In this document: piece by piece, positions 18,625 through 24,000 of the stretch
How the letters are laid out: each line of letters opens with the position of its first letter
Position numbering within the stretch: the first letter of the stretch is position 1
Source: Candidatus Bathyarchaeia archaeon
Lineage (GTDB): Archaea; Asgardarchaeota; Heimdallarchaeia; JABLTI01
NCBI GenBank assembly: GCA_035528035.1
Contig: DATKZI010000043.1
Span: forward strand, 27,332-51,331
DNA length: 24,000 nt
Reading direction: 5' to 3'
Notes under the pieces: generated by a model
The model's database searches: none
Told to the model about the DNA's origin: nothing
The model's input: only the letters and a program-made list of their open reading frames with translations
Translations under genes and position numbers: made by a program

Positions 18625-19944
18625 ATGGATTCCGTTACTAATCTTATAGAAATTACTCATAATGAATCACTCAAGATAATTCTACAATATGAACAATCTT
18701 CCCAGACTGTGCGTTATTTTTTACGAAAGCATTTAATCGATTATTTTTTTTCTGATGAGATTGCAGCAAAAATCCAAGCAGTGGTTGTTGGTATTGTACG
18801 GTATCAAAATACTATTAATTTTATTTTAAATCGAACTGTACCAAAAAACATACTGCAACAACTCTCTATAGCTGATATTGCTAGTATTAAAGTAGCGATT
18901 TTTGAATTACGTTGGCAGAAGATTCCTATCCAAGATATAGCACCATTGGTTAAGATAGATGTCAAATACCTTACTATTGCACTAAATCTCAATCTAAATG
19001 CTAATGTTAAAACATTAAACCAAGAGAATCAAATAAGTATAATATATTCACATCCAACCTTCCTTGTTCATACATTAATTGAGAAATTGGGAAAACCTGA
19101 GGCTGTTTCTCTTATGGAGAAAAATAATACCCAAGCAATAGCATATCTTAGAGTAAATCAATTACTTCAAGACAGTGAATCCATATTAAACTCAATAATT
19201 ACCAAAGGAGTAATTTTAGAACAAGATAAAGATCTACCATTTCTTTATATTATTAAAGAGGGATTGCAAACAGTTGTTAAGACTGATGCTTTCAAAAAAG
19301 GTCAGATATTCATTCAAGATAAAGCAAGTGTTACAGCAGTAAAAGCACTTAATCCTAACCCGGGAGACTTTATTTGGGATGCTTGTGCAGCTCCTGGAAT
19401 GAAAACTCATCTATTATGGGAATTAATGAAAAGACAAGGTCAATTAGTGGCAAGTGATATTAATGACAAAAGATTACAAGAAGCACAACAACGGTTTCTA
19501 TCGTATAATTGTAAGGGAATTGAATGGATGCAAGCTGATGCTTCAATTACCTTTATACCTAAAATTAAAAAAATCCTGATTGATGCTCCTTGTACTTCAA
19601 CCGGTATTATTCAAAGCCACCCCTCATACAAATGGCGTTTAAACAAGAATTGGTTATTTTCTATCATGACTATTCAGAACAAAATATTAGACGGAATAAT
19701 TTCAAATTATTCCAATCAACCAGGAACGGAAATTCTTTACTCCACATGCTCAATATTACCACACGAAGGCGAAAATCAAATTGATTCGGTTTTGGAACGA
19801 TTTGATAATCTTGAGCTTTTAGACGGACCTACTATTGGACAAAAAGGATACCTTAATTTTAAATGTACTAATAAAGTTCGCAGGCTATTTCCTCATATTC
19901 ATAACACAAATGGTTTTTTTATCGCCCATATGAAAATTATTTGA
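18625..19944 (+). CDS. RsmB-like rRNA cytosine-C5 methyltransferase with N-terminal NusB-like domain
   Basis: NusB-like ILQQLSIADIASIKVAIFELRW; SAM site FIWDACAAPGMKTHLL; catalytic-region IDAPCTSTGIIQSHPSYKW and EILYSTCSILPHEGENQ. Confidence 0.88.
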   Translation: MDSVTNLIEITHNESLKIILQYEQSSQTVRYFLRKHLIDYFFSDEIAAKIQAVVVGIVRYQNTINFILNRTVPKNILQQLSIADIASIKVAIFELRWQKIPIQDIAPLVKIDVKYLTIALNLNLNANVKTLNQENQISIIYSHPTFLVHTLIEKLGKPEAVSLMEKNNTQAIAYLRVNQLLQDSESILNSIITKGVILEQDKDLPFLYIIKEGLQTVVKTDAFKKGQIFIQDKASVTAVKALNPNPGDFIWDACAAPGMKTHLLWELMKRQGQLVASDINDKRLQEAQQRFLSYNCKGIEWMQADASITFIPKIKKILIDAPCTSTGIIQSHPSYKWRLNKNWLFSIMTIQNKILDGIISNYSNQPGTEILYSTCSILPHEGENQIDSVLERFDNLELLDGPTIGQKGYLNFKCTNKVRRLFPHIHNTNGFFIAHMKII

Positions 19945-20084
19945 AAAAAAATTGGTATCGTAAAATGATCGCTTTAATTTTAAATTAATAGGTTAATTAT
20001 TAATTCATTAACTTGATAAATTAAAAGATAATTTTATATAGAAAAAAGAACCATTTTTGCTAAAAGTTAGGAAGTAATTCACAA

Positions 20085-20531
20085 ATGCCAATTTTAAGAG
20101 CAACTACTGTTGAATCTATTATGATAAAACCTGCTTTTGTTGATATTAATGACAATATTGTCCAAGTAGCAAAAATGCTACTCCAAACAAAAAAAGGATG
20201 CGTTTTTGTAACTAATCACGATAAAGCAGTAGGAATAATCACAGATAGAGATTTTCAACGTTATATTGTTAAAGAAGCTGGAATGATATCTTCAACTAGT
20301 ACAGCAAAAGAATTTATGATATCACCAGTAATAACCATTCGAAAAAACGCCTCAGTTGAAGAGGCTGATCAATTAATGCATAAAGAAAAAATACAACGTT
20401 TGGGTGTAATTGAAAAAGCTAATCCCAATATAATAATTGGATTGCTTGATTATAACGCAACACATGCTGAGCTTATCACGAAATTTGCTAAATCATTGAT
20501 TAATCGTGAACAATATTTTAAAAGAGAATGA
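20085..20531 (+). CDS. Tandem CBS-domain protein
   Basis: 148-aa ORF with two CBS repeats: GCVFVTNHDKAVGIITDRDFQR and EADQLMHKEKIQRLGVIEKANPNIIIGLLDY. Confidence 0.9.
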   Translation: MPILRATTVESIMIKPAFVDINDNIVQVAKMLLQTKKGCVFVTNHDKAVGIITDRDFQRYIVKEAGMISSTSTAKEFMISPVITIRKNASVEEADQLMHKEKIQRLGVIEKANPNIIIGLLDYNATHAELITKFAKSLINREQYFKRE

Positions 20532-20599
20532 ATTTTTTTTTCCTTTCTTATCTTTTAATGATTTCATGATGGAAAATTAAAATATTAAAAAATTCTAAC

Positions 20600-20953
20600 C
20601 TATTCTAAGAATTTTGTTGGAATGGTTGGTTTGGGTGTTTTTATTACTAAGAAACGTAAATTTTCGTTATACCTATTAAACCAACAATGAACAATATTTT
20701 TTGGACTTTCTATCAAAGTATCTTTATCTACTTCTTTTTCCTCAACACCAATGAGAACAATTCCTTTTCCTTCAAGCACATAAAATATAACATCTTCTGG
20801 TGTGATATGCTTCCTTAATTTCTCACCAGGCTCCAAAGTTATTTGTATGATTATCGCATTTGGATCATCATATAATTTTCTTGAATCTACACCATGAGGA
20901 TTTTGGTATATTTCTTTCTCAAAAGGCTTTATTGTTTTCATAGCTATGCACAT
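20600..20953 (-). CDS. Cupin-domain protein
   Basis: 117-aa ORF: LEPGEKLRKHITPEDVIFYVLEGKGIVLIG...VDKDTLIESPKNIVHCWFN. Confidence 0.87.
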   Translation of the reverse strand: MCIAMKTIKPFEKEIYQNPHGVDSRKLYDDPNAIIIQITLEPGEKLRKHITPEDVIFYVLEGKGIVLIGVEEKEVDKDTLIESPKNIVHCWFNRYNENLRFLVIKTPKPTIPTKFLE

Positions 20954-21150
20954 TTGAATTTATTATTGAACTGATTTTATAAATGCCGCTTTAATTATAA
21001 CACAAAAAAGTATTCTGTAAGTTAGATTGTAAACCAGAAATAACTCCTTTAATTCAATTTACAAAGATATATTTCCTTTTTGTTCTTCACCCAGAGATAA
21101 TGAAAATTTTAAAAGGAACAATAGATTAACCTTCTTGAAGTAGAGGTACC

Positions 21151-22251
21151 ATGATGAAGAAATTTAATGTACCAATTGTAGTATTAGCCATTTTTTATAT
21201 TTTTAATATGATAATGATTACTTTGATTGCTATGAATTTTCAATCATATGATATAATAAGTAAGATTATTCTACTTATACCAATTATAATGGTTACATTA
21301 ACATTGTTTTCTTTGGGTGATTTTTATGAATGGATGATGTTGGTAGAGAATAGAAAACTACGTTTGGCATTAGTTATTATATTCAGAACCAGTTTTCTAA
21401 TAAGCAGTCTAGCAGCATCAAGTGGAACAATCATTTATCTTGCTCTATTCTTTAATTTCAGTAATTTTCTAATTGCTGATCTAATAGGTTATCTCTTTAT
21501 TGATCTCATTCTCAATGCATATATTGTTTTGGCAATTATTTCCCTAGGATATTCAGGCGCATATAGAACCACTCCTGACAACATTCATCGATTAGAGCTT
21601 TTAGCATCAACAAATGTTTTTAGTAAACAAATGGAAAAATTTGACAATTTACTTGAGGAATATGCTTTAGGGGTAACAGATGATTTATGTTTGATTTATT
21701 TTTCAGAAGTAGTTGATAAAATAGCGCATCCAAATAAGGACAAAGAATATTATACTATTATGACAGGAGCTTTTTCATTGATTTTCAGAAAAACTGTTTT
21801 AGGAGACTATTATTCTAGAGAATTTCGAAAAAGCATAAGATTTCCGGGTAAGAGAATTAATGATTTTTTGGTTATAGCAAAACCATTTGCTATTCTTTTT
21901 CCTGATAAGGTAGGTGTATTTAGAGATTATACTTCTGCAAATTTAAGAAGAAAAAAGCTAAAGGTTGCTAAAGAACTTATTAATATAATAGAAAAGGAAA
22001 CAATTGAAATTTCTAAAACCAGCGGAATAACTGAACGTGTTGAAAAACTTAAACCTTTTATGAAAGACATTAAAGAAATCAGAGCACTAATACAAAATTC
22101 AAAAGAATTTGATATTGATGAATTAATGAAAATAAGTAATCTAAGTAAAGATGAAATTAGTGAAATTAGTAAACATCTAGATCGCGATGTATATGGAAAT
22201 AAACTTTTGACTAATACCAAATACTTAGCTATTCTTACAAAATTAGTTTAA
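21151..22251 (+). CDS. Membrane protein with large C-terminal cytoplasmic region, unknown function
   Basis: 366-aa ORF: about four TM segments in the first ~140 aa, then a soluble helical region; no family recognised. Confidence 0.75.
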   Translation: MMKKFNVPIVVLAIFYIFNMIMITLIAMNFQSYDIISKIILLIPIIMVTLTLFSLGDFYEWMMLVENRKLRLALVIIFRTSFLISSLAASSGTIIYLALFFNFSNFLIADLIGYLFIDLILNAYIVLAIISLGYSGAYRTTPDNIHRLELLASTNVFSKQMEKFDNLLEEYALGVTDDLCLIYFSEVVDKIAHPNKDKEYYTIMTGAFSLIFRKTVLGDYYSREFRKSIRFPGKRINDFLVIAKPFAILFPDKVGVFRDYTSANLRRKKLKVAKELINIIEKETIEISKTSGITERVEKLKPFMKDIKEIRALIQNSKEFDIDELMKISNLSKDEISEISKHLDRDVYGNKLLTNTKYLAILTKLV

Positions 22252-22432
22252 ATGCCTTCATATCAAATGGGTCACATTCTAAACAAAGTGTAGAATAAGG
22301 TGATCTATTTTTCTGCAATAGAAATAATTAGTGTATTGTTTTTCACTTGAAGTATATTCTACATCAAGAGAAAGAGAAAAAGTGTAAAACTCATGAGAAA
22401 AATTTTTTTCCCTTTAATCGTTTAGATTGTAA

Positions 22433-23302
22433 GTGAAAACTTTGGTTAAATTTCAAAAGATACGTCGTATCTCATTGACTATTTTCTTTTCTTCAATTTT
22501 CTTTTCAGCAGTAGTAATTATTTATATTCAAAACTATAATAATAAACCAGGTCCCTATACTTACCCTAATAAGTGGCAATTAGCTCTATTTGATGATTTT
22601 ACCAGTCCTTCTTTAGACATGAATATTTGGAGCTATAACTACCCCTATGATTGGCCTCATGAAGGACATACCCACAATCATCAAGCTTATATGGATGAAG
22701 CTAATGTTCTTCTAGAAAATGGTTTCTTACGTTTAATAGGTGAAAATAAACACCATCCAAATGCTCCTGAACCAGAATACGCTTTCGGGAAGTATTTAAC
22801 CTATAATTACACTGCAGGGGCAATAAACACTCGAGAGAAGTTTAATTTCACTGGCGGGTATATTGAGGGAAGATTTCGAATGCCTGCAACACGAGGTTTT
22901 TGGCCAGCTTTTTGGATGCTAAAAGACGCTGAAATAGGATTGCCTGAAATAGATATCCTTGAAATTTTATCATCCAGTCCAAATACTTTGTATACCACGG
23001 TTCATTATGGTCATTCTTGGTCCTCCTACAAATCGTATGGTTGGATGTCTGTAAATCATCCAGACCTGTCATTAGATTTTCATACTTATGGAGTTGAAGT
23101 AACTGAATCTACTCTGAAATGGTTTCTTGATGGAAAACGAATTGGTATTATTTTTAGAGATAAATATTGGCTTGAACAATGCACAGATCTCTTTGTTATT
23201 ATTAACCTAGCAATTGGTGGGTGGGAAGTTAATCCTGATACTACTACTATTTGGCCGGCTTACTTTGATTGCGACTGGATAAAGGTTTGGCAATTAATTT
23301 AA
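22433..23302 (+). CDS. Secreted or membrane-anchored glycoside hydrolase family 16 (beta-glucanase-like)
   Basis: GTG start; N-terminal hydrophobic anchor; catalytic motif LPEIDILEIL (ExDxxE), FTGGYIEGRFRMPATRGFWPAFWML, FHTYGVEVTESTLKWFLDGKRIG, FVIINLAIGGW. Confidence 0.93.
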   Translation: MKTLVKFQKIRRISLTIFFSSIFFSAVVIIYIQNYNNKPGPYTYPNKWQLALFDDFTSPSLDMNIWSYNYPYDWPHEGHTHNHQAYMDEANVLLENGFLRLIGENKHHPNAPEPEYAFGKYLTYNYTAGAINTREKFNFTGGYIEGRFRMPATRGFWPAFWMLKDAEIGLPEIDILEILSSSPNTLYTTVHYGHSWSSYKSYGWMSVNHPDLSLDFHTYGVEVTESTLKWFLDGKRIGIIFRDKYWLEQCTDLFVIINLAIGGWEVNPDTTTIWPAYFDCDWIKVWQLI

Positions 23303-23365
23303 TTTATTTTTTACCCATTTTCTTATTATTCGTTTTATAATACTCAAATTTTCGTAAGGAAATGA

Positions 23366-23581
23366 AATGGATTTTTCTGGTTTATACGCGCACCACCATC
23401 CCATTTAAGTGAATTTATTGATTTTATTTGGGATATTTGCCCAAAATATGATCTTTATTTCCTAGATTATCGTTACTCGCAGCTTTATGGATTATGGGAT
23501 CAAACATTTGATGTTGAACATAAAAAATGGAAACTCAATTATGATTTTATGGTTAAGGATGTTTTGAATAAAATCCTCTAA
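23366..23581 (+). pseudogene. Start-less coding-like ORF, probable remnant C-terminus
   Basis: Manual translation after the TGA at 23363: NGFFWFIRAPPSHLSEFIDFIWDICPKYDLYFLDYRYSQLYGLWDQTFDVEHKKWKLNYDFMVKDVLNKIL*. Protein-like composition but no start codon. A possible N-terminal piece MKWIFLV sits in the adjacent frame at ~23362. Confidence 0.5.
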
Positions 23582-23770
23582 TAAACATTATTACTGAAAA
23601 ATGAACTTTGAAACACTAAAGGGGTATTTTCTAAAGTATGATAAAGTAGATATTGAATATAATATCTAGCATTATACTTTAATATTGATTTTAATCACAT
23701 CATTTTTTAAAAATTAGAGAAAGAAATTAGAGTAGAGTGGATGAAAAAAAAGAGAGAGAAAAGAATAATA

Positions 23771-24000
23771 CTATTTTCTTTTCTTAATAAATAATGAAAT
23801 TAGAGCAAATGCAGCAAATAAGGATATGATAATATTCAAAGATAGTTTATCAGAAGTTGTTTGACTGGGTGTAGGTGGATGGTCTTCTGAATCTAGTGGA
23901 TCTGTTCCAGCTAAAATTTCTTCTCCATCTGTGAAACCATCGTCGTCTGAATCTTCATCGTTAGGATTTGTTCCAGCAAGATATTCCTCTCCATCTGATA
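23771..24000 (-). CDS. C-terminus of a surface protein with thrombospondin type-3-like Ca-binding repeats and a C-terminal TM anchor (runs off the right edge)
   Basis: Not in the ORF track. Minus-strand translation ...[75 protein letters not shown]. 66-bp (22-aa) periodicity visible in the DNA (gttccag...ctccatctg). Confidence 0.85.
   Translation of the reverse strand, partial: SDGEEYLAGTNPNDEDSDDDGFTDGEEILAGTDPLDSEDHPPTPSQTTSDKLSLNIIISLFAAFALISLFIKKRK

Noticed and set aside
22807-23072. Minus-strand ORFs 22807..22998 and 22848..23072
   Set aside because: Antisense to the GH16 catalytic core, which has unambiguous motifs.
1-24000. CRISPR array, rRNA, or transposase/integrase
   Set aside because: No regularly spaced repeats, no rRNA-like stretches and no recognisable recombinase motifs in any ORF inspected.

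Overview
AT-rich, gene-dense window, most likely archaeal chromosome. The best support is a tRNA-Pro(UGG) gene with a 43-nt intron at 37/38 that folds into a textbook bulge-helix-bulge. An Asgard/Loki-like origin is only a guess. Most genes are ordinary: HD hydrolase, M55 peptidase, CBM9-like, SDR, SAM methyltransferase, 2-hydroxyacid dehydrogenase, Tag glycosylase, small ThiS/MoaD-like protein, DegV, patatin, MFS, NusB-RsmB-like m5C methyltransferase, CBS, cupin and GH16. The most interesting locus is a compact two-gene RloA/RloB-like (AbiL-type) candidate defence cassette on the minus strand. It is bounded by the intact intron-containing tRNA-Pro on one side and a displaced 29-nt copy of the same tRNA's 3' end on the other. 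This gives a ~2.06 kb unit with integration geometry and no integrase inside. Other points: a DnaJ-type zinc domain duplicated without a J domain, a secreted beta-propeller-like protein whose cytoplasmic tail seems to continue in another frame, a decayed start-less ORF, and two partial membrane-protein ORFs at the window edges that are missing from the ORF track.
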